64,000 bases of DNA from Mobula hypostoma (taxonomy: Eukaryota), in contig NC_086109.1 of assembly GCF_963921235.1 (NCBI RefSeq), positions 24,430,001-24,494,000 on the forward strand. The letters are read 5' to 3'. Shown here piece after piece: positions 36,251-47,610 of the stretch. The position numbers were made by a program, and so were the translations under genes. How positions within the stretch are numbered: position 1 is the first letter of the stretch; each line of letters opens with the position of its first letter. The notes below the pieces were generated by a model that was not told the DNA's origin, ran no database searches, and saw only the letters and a program-made list of their open reading frames with translations.

Positions 36251-38192
36251 TGTCCACACCTTCTCATTAATATATTCTCAATCAAAAGCAAAGTCATGAA
36301 AAATGGACTTGAGAACACAATCAATTCTCACTGGCTCTCGACTTGGTCTTGCCAAACTACTCAGCCGCAAGCGTTATTACTGTGTTGGCCTAGTCACATT
36401 CAAAGGAGCAGAATTCCTGCAGTAAGATTGGTGTGACAGCTCTTGATAACAAGGCAAGCGTTGACTGAACGTGGCGTTGCCACTTCCTGGTAATTCTGGT
36501 CGATTGAGTTCAAAGGCAACATTCTTCACTGAATAGACTCATATTTCACCCACAAAAAGAGGACATGGTGCTGGAAGTCAACCAAAAAAGCAAAGGTTCC
36601 ACAGCAGTGGAGCTCCTTGAATGAACGAAAACAGTTTCAAATGGCCGTGCGTCTGCTATGAAGTCAGTTTATTTTCATTGATTCCCCAACGTTCATTGCA
36701 TTTGAAAATACACAGACATTATGACTGCAAGCTGCAAGACATGGGAAAATTTCAGCATTAATTGAAGCAGCCAAAATCTTTCACACCATAGAAGTCCGAG
36801 ACCAACAAGAAGAGCCCACAAGAAGGAGACTTCTTGATATTTAGTGACACTGACCCTTCGAGTCTGTTCTGCCATTTCATCATGGCTTTATTATTCCTTT
36901 CAATCCCATTCTCTGCCTTCTCCCAGTAAGCTTTGATGCCTTTACCATTACACAATGACTTGGCCTCCACAGCTGTCTGTGACAATAAACTCCATAGAAA
37001 CACCGTGATTAGCTCAAGACATTATTTGGAGATTGACTCTTCCCCTGACTCATCAAAACCTTTCGACTATTTATAAGGCACATTCCAGGTGTATGATGGA
37101 AGACTCTGGACTTAGCAGGATGAAGGAAGTTCTATTAACGTGCAAGAAGCATACCATCTCCATCTCCAGCAACACAGTTTTCTTCAGTAATACTCCATCG
37201 ACCACCCTACATAGTCGCCCATGTACCCAATTGCCAACACGTACAGTACACCAGCTTTAACGTGCACTACAACAACTCACCAAGGCCGTCTTCAACAGCA
37301 CCTTCTATGCCTGCAAACTCTTCTTCAAACCAATTCTTAAAAATAAGGCAGCACTGGAGTGAGTAGGTTTAAGCTGAGAGGAAGAAAGATTTTATAGGGA
37401 TTTGAGGGGCAATTTTGTTTTATACAATGGGTGTTATGTACGTGGAATGAGCTGCCAGAGGAAGATGTTGGGACATGTGTAATAAAAGTTTTTAAAGCAG
37501 CTGGACTGATACACGGATAGGAAAAGTTTGAAGACCATAAGTCTGTAAGACATAGGAGCAGAATTAGGCCATTCAGTCAACTGAGCGTGCTCTGTCATTT
37601 CATCATGGCTGATTTATTATCCCTCTCAATCCCATTCTCCTGCCTTCCTGCTGTAACCTTTGACGCCCTGATTAATGAAGAACATCTCAACCAATGCCTT
37701 AAATATACCCAATGACTTGTCCTGCACAACTGTCCGTGGCAATGAATTCCACAGATTCATTATCCTTTGATTAAAGAAAACTTTCCTCATCTCTGTTATA
37801 AATGGACGTCCTCGATTCTGAGGCTTTGAAACATCTTCTCCACATCCACTCTATCTAGGTCTTTTAATATTCGGCAAGTTCTCATTCTTCGAAACTCCAG
37901 TGAGTACAGGCCCAGAGCCATCAACACTCCTCAAATGTAATCCCTTTCATTCCTGGGATCATTCTTGTGAACTCCTCTGCACCCTCTACAATGCCAGCAA
38001 ATCTTTTCTTAGGTAAGTGGCACAAACTGCTCATAATACTCCAAGTGCGGTCAGACCAGTGCCTTATAAAGCTTCAGCATTACATCCTCGCTTTTGTATT
38101 CTAGTTTTCTCAAAATGAATGCTAACATTGCAGCATACATCAAACTTGCTGGTGAATGCAGCAGGCCAAGCAGCATCTATAGGAAGAGGTGC

Positions 38193-38228
38193 AGTCGACG
38201 TTTCAGGCCGAGACCCTTCGTCAGGACT
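38193..38228 (-). ncRNA. Minimal type I hammerhead ribozyme motif
   Basis: Reverse strand reads AGTC-CTGACGA-AGGGTCTCGGCCT-GAAA-CGTC-GACT: intact core, stem I AGTC/GACT, GUC cleavage triplet. Confidence 0.8.
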
Positions 38229-38245
38229 AACCTCTTCCTTCAGTT

Positions 38246-38281
38246 AGTCCTGACGAAGGGTTTCGGCCTGAAACGTCGACT
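38246..38281 (+). ncRNA. Minimal type I hammerhead ribozyme motif
   Basis: AGTC-CTGACGA(38250-38256)-AGGGTTTCGGCCT-GAAA(38270-38273)-CGTC-GACT. Confidence 0.8.
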
Positions 38282-38710
38282 GCACCTCTTCCTATAGATG
38301 CTGCTTGGCCTGCTGCGTTCACCAGCAACTTTGATGCATGTTGCTTGAATTTCCAGCATCTGCAGAATTCCTGTTGCTAACATTGCATTTCCCTTCCTTA
38401 CCACCAACTCAACCTGCAAGTTAGGCTTTAGGGAATCCTACACAAGGACTCCCAAGTTGCTTTGCATTTTTGAATTTTGATTTTTTTCCCCATTTGGAAA
38501 AGAATCCACACCTTTAGTCCTACCGAAGTGCACGACCTCCCTACACTATATTCCACCTGCCACAACATTGCCCATTCTCCCGATCTGTCTAAGTCCTTCT
38601 GCAGACACCTTGCTACCTCAATATGACCTTTCCTTTCACCTATCTTCGTATCATCTGCAAACTTAGCCATAAACCCATCAATTCTTTCAACTAAGTCATA
38701 GACAGTAAAC

Positions 38711-39330
38711 TGACAATAAACTGGACTGGTCAAAGAACACTGAGGCTGTCTACAAGAAGGGTCAGAGCCGTCTCTATTTCCTGAGGAGACTGAAGTCCTT
38801 TAACATCTGCTGGACGATGCTGAGGACGTTCTGCGAGTCTGTGGTGGCCAGTGCTATCATGTTTGCTGTTGTGTGCTGGGGCAGCAGGCTGAGGGAAGCA
38901 GACACCAACAGAATCAACAAACTCATTCGTAAGGCCAGTGATGTTGTGGGGATGGAACTGGACTCTCTCACAGCTGTATCCGAAAAGAGGATGCTGTCTA
39001 AGTTGCATGCCATCTTGGACAATGTCTCCCATCCACTACATAATGCACTGGCTGGGCACAGGAGTACATTCAGCCAGAGACTCATTCCACTGAGATGCAA
39101 CACAGTGCGTCATAGGAAGTCATTCCTGCCTGTGGCCATCAAACTTTACAACTCCTCCCTTGGAGGTTCAGACACCCTGAGCCAATAGGCTGGTCCTGGA
39201 CTTATTTCATAATTTACTGGCATAATTTACATATTACTATTTGACTATTTATGGTTTTATTACTATTTATTATTTATGGTGCAACTGTAACGAAAACCAA
39301 TTTCCCCTGGGATCAATAAAGTATGACTAT
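38711..39330 (+). mobile_element. Young Rex1/Babar LINE 3' fragment
   Basis: KKGQSRLYFLRRL...VVASAIMFAVVCWG...HPLH...RHRKSFLPVAIKLYN; ends GGGATCAATAAAGTATGACTAT. Confidence 0.85.
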
Positions 39331-39640
39331 GTCACATTGGCAGGGGCAATGGGAACAAGGGTGGACCCAAATGCAAGACACATCTTGTGAGGTTACTTAG
39401 ATTTAGTTTATTGTTTGATACCAGGAGAGCAAGGCAGGAGCAGGATATAACAAACTGGGCAAGGACTCAGGACTACGACTAGGCTGGGACCAAGGGTCTG
39501 GGCTTGGACTCGGAATCGGCTCCCAGAACTAGAGGAGACATGAAGAGGCTAGGGTATGGACTCCGAGCCAGAGACTTGGGAAGGATCCAGTACTTGGGTC
39601 TTGCCTCGGGCTCGGACCCCAGAACCAGGCAAGGACATGA

Positions 39641-39830
39641 ACAACAGGAATTCCGCAGATGCTGGAAATTCAAGCAACACACATAAAAGTTGCTGGTGAA
39701 CGCAGCAGGCCAGGCAGCATCTCTAGGAAGAGGTGCAGTTGACACTTCAGGCCGAGACCCTTCGTCAGGACTAACTGAAGGAAGAGTGAGTAAGGGATTT
39801 GAAAGTTGGAGGGGGAGGGGGAGATCCAAA
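39641..39830 (-). mobile_element. PLE terminus inserted in the LTR-like element
   Basis: 10-bp TSD AAGGACATGA at 39631-39640 and 39831-39840; hammerhead with GAAA mutated to GAAG. Confidence 0.9.
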
Positions 39831-40260
39831 AAGGACATGACATGGGCTAGGGAGAGGAGGAACATGGGAACACAGAGCCTCGTTCTCTGGGAGCAGGTAC
39901 ATGGAAACATGGACACATACACAGAACACAGAGTTGGGACCCCTCCTTGGATACAGGACATAGGGCTGGGACTCATGATCCTCCGCGGGGCAACGGCAAG
40001 ACGGCCTGACTTACCCCACAGAGGTGAGGACAAGACATGACAAGACATGACCCCCCACGGGGCAACGGCAAAATGGCCTGACTTATCCCATGGAGGCGAG
40101 GACAAGACAAGACAAGACCAACACGAATGATCACCAGACAGTACCTATCTAGCTCCGGTGATGGAACTAGACCAAAGATCAGGTGGGGGCTGCAGACGAG
40201 GGCTAGAGGCGAAAGGGGCAGAGAAGGGACTCAGACAAGGGGGTAGGACAGGAATCACAG

Positions 40261-40572
40261 ACCGCCAGGGCCAGGACTTGACTCAGAATTGGGAAGCCAC
40301 CAGGACCAGGACTTGACTTGGTGCCTGAATGCCGCCAGGGACAGGACTTGATTTGGTGCTTGAACGCCGCCAGGGCCAGGACTTGACTTGGTGCTTGAAT
40401 GCCGCCAGGGCCAGGACTTGACTTGGTGCTTGAATGCCGCCAGGGCCAGGTCTTGACTTGGTGCTTGAATGCCGCCGGAGCCAGGACTTGACTTGGTGCT
40501 TGAATGCTGCCAGAGCCAGGACTTGACTTGGAGCTTGAATGTCGCTGGAGCCAGGACTTGACTTGGAGCCAC
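40261..40572. repeat. 35-bp minisatellite, ~9 copies
   Basis: Unit GCCGCCAGGGCCAGGACTTGACTTGGTGCTTGAAT. Confidence 0.9.
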
Positions 40573-42158
40573 CGGGTAGTGGCGAACTCTTGACTCGGCC
40601 CGGGAACAGTAGACAGCGGTTCTTGATTCCCTCCGGTGGGTTAACTGACGGACCCACCTCGGTGAGGAAACTTTGCAGGCTCGCTTTGGCGAGGTAACTG
40701 GACAGGGTTACTCCGGTGAGGAGAGGCAAATTACCGGCACTCGCTTTGGCAGAGACTAGGCTTGCTCCGGCCAGATGACATCGGCACACTGTACCTTAGA
40801 TGACTTTGCAGACGCTCCCGCACCGAACGGCTGAAAGCCGGAGACTATAAACAGTCTCAACACCAACCCCAGCAGCACGCCACTAATCACTGGCAGCCAA
40901 GCAGAGAAACCCCCTTTATTCCCACTTTCTACCTCCTGCCAGTCAGCAACCCTTTATCCTTGCTCATACCTTTCCTGGAATACAAAGGCTCTCGTCTTGT
41001 TAAGTAGCCTGATGTGTATCACTTTATCAAAGGCCTTCTAAAAATCCAAGTAAACAAAATCCCACTGACTCTCCTTTGTCTATCCTGCCTGTTATTTCCT
41101 TAAAGAATTTCAATAGATTTTACAAGCAAGATTTCCTCTCAAGGAAACCATGCTGACATTGGCCTACTTAATCATGCAGCTCAATGTGTCCTGAAACCTC
41201 ATCCTTAATAATGGACTCCAACATCTTCTGAAACTCTGAAGTCAGACTAACTGGCCTATAATTTTCTCTGGCCTATAATTTCCTTTCTTCAGCCTCTCTC
41301 GCTTCTTAAAGAGTGGAGCAACATTTGCAATTTTCCAGTCTTCTGGAATGATTCCAGAATCTAGTAATTCCAGAATCCACATCTCTTCAGCTATCTCTTT
41401 CAGAGCACTGGGATGGAATCAGTCTGGTCAGGTAACTTATCTGACATCAGACTTTTCATCTTCCCAAGCACCTTCCCCTTAATAATGACAATGACACTCA
41501 CTTCCGCTGCCTGACACGCTTGTATGTCTGTCATTTTGCTAGTATCTTCCACCCTGAAGACTAATGGAAATTATTTATTAAGTTCATCTGCCTTTTTTTT
41601 GTTCCCCCATTACTACCTCTCCAGCATCATTTTCCAGTGGTCAGATATCTACTCTCATCTCTCTATTACTTTTTATATATCTGAAAAAAATCTTTTTGTA
41701 TCCTCTTTCATATTATTGGTTAGCCTACCTTCATAGTTCATCTTTTCTCTCTTTATGACTTTTTTTTAGTTGTCTTCCATTGGTTTTAAAAGATTCCCAA
41801 TTCTCTACCTTCCCAGTGATTTTTGCAATGTTATATGCCCTCTCTTTCGCTTTTATGCTATCTTTGACTTCCCTGTCAGCCATGGTTGCCTCTTCCTCCC
41901 TTTAGAATACTTCATTTTTTGGATGTAACTTTCCTGCTTTCCTGCCTTCTAAATTTCCCCAAGAAACACCACTCATTGTAGTTCTGCTGTCATCCCTGCT
42001 CATGTCCTCTTCTAATCAACTTTGCATTTCCTCATTTCCTCAGTGCGCCTCACTCATACCCCAGTAATTCACTGTAATACTGATACATCTAATTTTAGCT
42101 TCTCCTCACACTGAAGGGTGAGTTCGATCATATTATGATCGCTGCCTTCTAACGATCC

Positions 42159-42808
42159 AAGCAGAGTCCACTGCCTAGAAGGCCCACCAGCGCCTTTACT
42201 TCCTGAGAAAACTAAAGAAATTTGGCCTGTCCCCTAAAACCCTCACTAATTTTTATAGGTGCACCGTAGAAAGCATTCTTCTAGGGTGCATCACAACCTG
42301 GTATGGAAGTTGTCCTGTCCAAGACCGGAAGAAGCTCTAGAAGATCGTGAACACAGCGCAGCACATCACACAAACCAATCTTCTGTCCTTGGACTCACTT
42401 TACACAGCACGCTGTCGGAGCAGTGCTGCCAGGATAATCAAGGACACGACCCACCCAGCCAACACATTTTTTTGTCCCTCTTCCCTCTGGGAGAAGGCTC
42501 AGGAGCTTGAAGACTCGTACGAGCGGGTTTGGGAACAGCTTCTTTCCAACTGTGATAAGACTGCTGAACGGAACCTGACCCGGATCTGGGCCGTACCCTC
42601 CAAATATCTGGACCTGCATCTCAGTTTTTTTGCACTACCTTACTTCCCATTTTTCTATTTTCTATTTATGATTTATAATTTAAATTTTTAATATTTACTA
42701 TCAATTTGTAATCCAGGGAGCGAGAAGCGCAGAATCAAATATCGCTATGATGATTGTATGTTCTAGTATCAATTGTTTGGCGACAATAAAGTATAAAGTA
42801 TAAAGTAT
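42159..42808 (+). mobile_element. Young Rex1/Babar LINE 3' fragment
   Basis: KAHQRLYFLRKLKKFGLSPKTLTNFYRCTVESIL...ARIIKDTTHPA; (GTATAAA)n tail. Confidence 0.85.
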
Positions 42809-43185
42809 CCCGTTACCTTAAGCTCCCTAATCAAATCTGGGTTATTACATAACACCCAATCCAGAATTGCCATTCATCGAGTTGGTTCAACTACAAGATC
42901 TTCTAAAAAAATACCTTGCAGACATTCTACAAATTCCCTCTCTTGGGATTCAGTACCAACCTAATTTTCCCAATTGACCTGCATGTTGAAATCTACCATG
43001 CTTATCATAACAATGGCTTTTTTTCATGCCTTTTCTATCTTCTATTGCAATTTGTACCCCACATCCTGGCTATTGTTTGGAGGCTTGTATATAACTCTCA
43101 TCAGGATCTTTTTACCCTTGCAGTTTCTTAGCTCTAACCACAAGGAATCTACTGTATATCTTTGAAACCTGTCAGCTCTTTCTGA

Positions 43186-43335
43186 GCAACACACACAAAA
43201 TGCTGGAAGAACTCAGCATCTATGGAAAAAAGTCTAGGCCTGAAATGTCGACTTTACTCTTTTCCATAGATGTTGCCTGGCCTGCTGATCTCCTCCGGCA
43301 TTTTGCGTGTGTTGCTTTGATTTCTAGCATCTGTA
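43186..43335. mobile_element. Older fold-back PLE terminus (second subfamily)
   Basis: GCAACACACACAAAATGCTGGAAGA ... TCCTCCGGCATTTTGCGTGTGTTGC inverted arms, with half a hammerhead (GGCCTGAAATGTCGACT) between. Confidence 0.7.
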
Positions 43336-43534
43336 GATTTTCTCTTGTTTGTGATTGAACCTTGTTCTAAGGATTTGATTTCATTTTTTACCAAAAGAGC
43401 CACCTAACTCCCTTTGCCTATCTGCCTGTCTTTTCTATACAACATGTATCCTTGGATGTTAAGTTCCCAACCCTGATCTTCTTTCAGCCATGTGATGCCC
43501 ACAACATCATTCCTGTCTATCCCTAAACACACCT

Positions 43535-44950
43535 TTGATTTGGGCTACGACAGTGGTGTCATCTGCAAATTTAATTATGGCATTGGAGCTGTGCTTAGTC
43601 GCACAGTCATATGTGCAAAGTGAGTGGAGCAGGGTGCCAAGCGCATAGTCTTATGGTGCACTTGTGCTGATAGAGATTGTGGTGAGATGTTGTTGCAAAC
43701 TTGAACTGACTGGTGTCTGCAAATGAGGAAATCGAAGGTCTAATTCCATAAGGAGGTATTAAGGCCAAGGTCTTGAAACTTATTCACTATTCTTGAGGGG
43801 ATGATAGTATTGAATGCCCGGCTGTTGTTGATAAAGAGCATCCTGATGTATGCACTTTTGCTGTAGGGCAGATTGAAGTTGCTCCCACAGCAAAGGTTGG
43901 TGATGTTTCATTGATACGTTTCATCGCCAGCCTCCCAAAGCACTTCACTGTGGATGCATTCTAAGTGCCTCTGGACAATAGTCATTTAGGCAGGCTACCA
44001 CATTCTTCTTAGGCACCAGCATAATTGAAGCCTGCTTAAAGCAGGTGGCTGCCTCAGACTGCTGAAGCGAGAGGTTAAAGATCTCTGTGAACACTCCAGC
44101 CAGTTGATCAGCACAGATCTTTTGTACGCAGCCAGGATGCTCTCCATGGGTTCACCCTTCTGAAGGATGGTCTGTCATTGGCCTCAGAGGCTGAAATCAC
44201 AGGGTCATCATGGGCTGTGGGAGTTCGTGATTGTCCCTCCATGTTTTGACGTCCAAGGGAACATAGATGGCACTGAGCTCATCTGGAACCGGAACACTTT
44301 TGTAACCTATTTCAGTTGATTTCACTGTGTGAGAAGTGATAACATCTATGCCCTGCCACAGCTATCGAGCATCCTTCATTAATTTATGTGTAGTTTGGAA
44401 CTGGCACTTCACCAGTGAGGTGGCTTTCCGGAGATTGTATCTGGACCTCTTGTAGCTTTCTTGGTCGCTAGACTTGAGTGTCTCTGATCTGGCCCTCAGC
44501 AGATTGTGATCTCATGGTTCACCCAGGACTTCTGGTTGGGGTAATGTCTGAATGATTTTGTGCGAACACACTCATCCACAACTGTTTTTATGAAGTCGAT
44601 GACAACCGTGTTGTATTCTTGCAGATCCTTGAACACGGCCCGGCCAACCAACTCAAAGCAATCCCGTAGGTGCTTTTCTGCCGCCTGACATCAACTCTTT
44701 GTTGTCGTCTCTGGAGCTTTGCTCGTTAGCATCTCCCTTTACGCAGGTAGGAGAAGGCCAGCCAAGTGATTAGATTTCCTGAAATGTGGTCTGGGCATGG
44801 AATGGTAGGCATTCCTTATATTAGTGCAGCAGTTGTCTAGTGTCTTGGGACCTCTGGTGCTACAAGTTATATGCTGATGGTAATTGGGCAGGGATTTCTT
44901 CAAGCATGCCTGATAGAGAACCCTGAATTTGATTTGAAATGCATCGTTTG
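43535..44950 (-). mobile_element. Degenerate Rex1/Babar LINE (APE to RT)
   Basis: QACLKKSLPNYHQHITCSTRGPKTLDNC...RPHFRKSNH; reverse of KFADDTT at ~43552-43572. Confidence 0.75.
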
Positions 44951-45374
44951 GAGTTAGCATCATGAAGTATCTCAAGTGCTTTATTATAATCAACCACTGA
45001 TGGTATGTAAACTGTGGTCATGTTCAAGGAGGAGAACTCTCTTGGTAAGTGGAATGGTCAATATTTGGTTGTTAGGTGTTCAAGGTTGGGAGGGACCCAA
45101 GTACAACAAAACAGCCACTTTGGATCACCTTCGAAACGCCCACCTCCCAATCTTTTGATTTTGGCCCATTATACCTCAACTCATCCCACTAACTGCAATT
45201 TTGCCCTATCATCTGCCTGTCCTTCCTCACAGTCTCAATGCACACTGCATCTAATTGTACACCAACTCCCCCATCCTCAGCCCTATCCCCCAGCCAAATG
45301 AGTTTAAATCCTCCTCCACAGCTCCAGCAAACCCTTCTGCAAAGACATTGAAGGCTATGTGTAAATGCTGGCAA

Positions 45375-46115
45375 ATGAAAGTGGCATCCATCATGAAGGA
45401 TCCTCACCACCCAGGACATGTGCTCTTCACACTTTTGCCATCAGGAAGGAGGTGTAGAAGCCCAAAGGCACACACTTAGCAATTCAGGAATATCTTCTTC
45501 CTTTCTGCCATCCAGTTTCTAAATGGACATTGAATCTATTTCACTATTTCACTTACTTGTTATTTTGCACTATTTCTTTTAATTTAATTATTTAACGGAC
45601 ATAGAAACATAGAAACATAGAAAATAGGTGCAGGAGTAGGCCATTCAGCCCTTCGAGCCTGCACCGCCATTTATTATGATCATGGCTGATCATCCAACTC
45701 AGAACCCTGCCCCAGCCTTCCCTCCATATCCCCTGATCCCCGTAGCCACAAGGGCCATATCTAACTCCCTCTTAAATATAGCCAATGAACTGGCCTCAAC
45801 TGTTTCCTGTGGCAGAGAATTCCACAGATTCACCACTCTCTGTGTGAAGAAGTTTTTCCTAATCTCAGTCCTAAAAGGCTTCCCCTTTATCCTCAAACTG
45901 TGACCCCTCGTTCTGGACTTCCCCAACATCGGGAACAATCTTCCTGCATCTAGCCTGTCCAATCCCTTTAGGATTTTATATGTTTCAATCACATATATAT
46001 ACTTAATGTAACTCCATTTATTCTCTATATTTATTTACCATGTATTTCATTGTACTCCTGTCGTAAAGTTAAAAAATTTCCCAACATACGCTGGTGATAT
46101 TAAATCTGATTCTGA
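45375..46115 (+). mobile_element. Rex1-type 3' end interrupted by a CR1
   Basis: KVASIMKDPHHPGHVLFTLLPSGRR; the UTR resumes after 45990 and ends TGATTCTGA. Confidence 0.7.
45600..45990 (-). mobile_element. Young CR1 3' fragment
   Basis: IETYKILKGLDRLDAGRLFPMLGKSRTRGHSLRIKGKPFRTEIRKNFFTQRVV; (CATAGAAA)n tail. Confidence 0.92.
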
Positions 46116-46849
46116 AATGGAATTAGCTGAGATGGGGCATTTTGGTGTGCATGGACGTTAGGCTAAATGGCCTGTTTCCTTGCTGTATATAACTCTATGA
46201 ATCAAAAGTCAGATAGTCTTTCCTGAATATTCAACACATACACCAGATCTCAAAAAGAAGTTAATAATTGACCAAGTTATTAACCTAGCAACTGTAGAAA
46301 GACAAGGGTGGCAAAGTATCAACTACCACTGCATGGTATCCCAGTTTAGAAGCAAGCCATTGCTCTTTCAATTTAGTTTATTTCAATAATGAAACTCCCC
46401 ACTCTCTAGCTGTGAATGTACCTGTATCAGAAAGTCTACAACAGTTCAATACCATGTCCTCAGGGGCAATTAGTGATGGCAATAAATACCAGTGTTGCAA
46501 AAGATGACTACATTCCATTTATCGTTAAAAATTAAAGGGATAAAATACCAAAGACATGAGTGAAATTAAAAATAAATCAACACAAGGACCTCACTGGATT
46601 TAAAATGTTCAAAGAAAATGTTGGAAAAAATAATGAGACAGAAGAATGTTAAAATTCCACGTTGATATTAAAAGAAGTTGAGAAGATGTTAGCCCTCATT
46701 TTCCAAAATTCTGTTGATTCAGAAGTTGTTCATTAGTATTAGTAGATATGATAAAGCTATTAAACGATGGACCTCTTAATGATAAAGCTATTAAATGATG
46801 GACCTCTTATTTTGTACCTCTGCTGTGGGATGTGATTAAATCCATAATT

Positions 46850-47610
46850 AGAGGGAGAGAAAGACAGACAGAGAAGTGGAGAGAGAGAGAAAGAGAGAGA
46901 GCAATACCTACTTGTATACACAATGAAAGATAGACACACACACACATACAACACACATCAAAGTTGCTGGTGAACGCAGCAGGCCAGGCAGCATCTCTAG
47001 GAAGAGGTGCAGTCGACATTTCAGGCCGAGACTCTTCCTCAGGACTAACTGAAGGAAGAGCTAGTAAGAGATTTGAAAGTGGGAGGGGGAGGGGGAGATC
47101 CAAAACGGGAAAATCCACTTTCAAATCTCTTACCAACTCTTCCTTCAGTTAGTCCTGACGAAGGGTCTCGGCCAGAAACGTCGACTGCACCTCTTCCTAG
47201 AGATGCTGCCTGGCCTGCTGCGTTCATCAGCAACTTTGATGTGTGTTGCTTGAATTTCCAGCATCTGCAGAATTCCTGTTGTTCACACACACACATACAT
47301 ATAGGGGAGGCATGTAGAGGGAGACAGTGAGAGAGAGACAGAGTGAAAGAGAGAGAGAGAAAGAGAAAGAGACACATATAAACATGCAGACAGAGAATGA
47401 AGCACAGAGTGAGAGACAGAGAGACACACAGACACAAAGAGAGACAGAGACACAGAGAGACAGACAGATGGACACACACACACACACACACAAAGAGAGA
47501 CAGAGAGACACAGGCACATACAGATACATAGAGGGAGACAGATAGAGAGGGCGAGAGAAGGAAAGACAGCAAAGGAGACAGCGAGAGATAGTGTGTGAGA
47601 GTGAGAGCGT
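46850..47610. repeat. Compound (GA)/(CA) low-complexity tract
   Basis: GAGA/GACA/CACA runs on both sides of the PLE insertion. Confidence 0.85.
46951..47283. mobile_element. Fold-back PLE terminal cassette with hammerhead motifs at 47011-47046 (-) and 47151-47186 (+)
   Basis: 16-bp TSD CACACACACACATACA at 46935-46950 and 47284-47299; ~130-bp inverted arms; + motif AGTC-CTGACGA-AGGGTCTCGGCCA-GAAA-CGTC-GACT. Confidence 0.9.

Larger units (their letters stand above)
38133..38374. mobile_element. Fold-back PLE terminal cassette (two inverted terminal repeats)
   Basis: 13-bp TSD TGCTAACATTGCA at 38120-38132 and 38375-38387; ~100-bp inverted arms. Confidence 0.92.
39330..40848. mobile_element. 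GC-rich LTR-like element of unassigned family with internal repeats
   Basis: Starts TGTCAC; minus-strand AATAAA at ~39407-39412; internal duplications (39985-40105) and a 35-bp array; right end not clearly defined. Confidence 0.45.
37535..43530 (-). mobile_element. Long degenerate CR1 in pieces (37535-38710, 40850-42155, 42808-43530) hosting several younger insertions
   Basis: FMAKFADDTKIG (ORF 38428-38733) and colinear DNA similarity to the 31.5-33.9 kb CR1; CATAAGAC-type tail at ~37536-37555. Confidence 0.75.

Noticed and set aside
40261..40572. 35-bp (and the 33-bp at 55192-55472) repeats as CRISPR arrays
   Set aside because: Units are head-to-tail with no unique spacers, there are no cas genes, and the context is eukaryotic.
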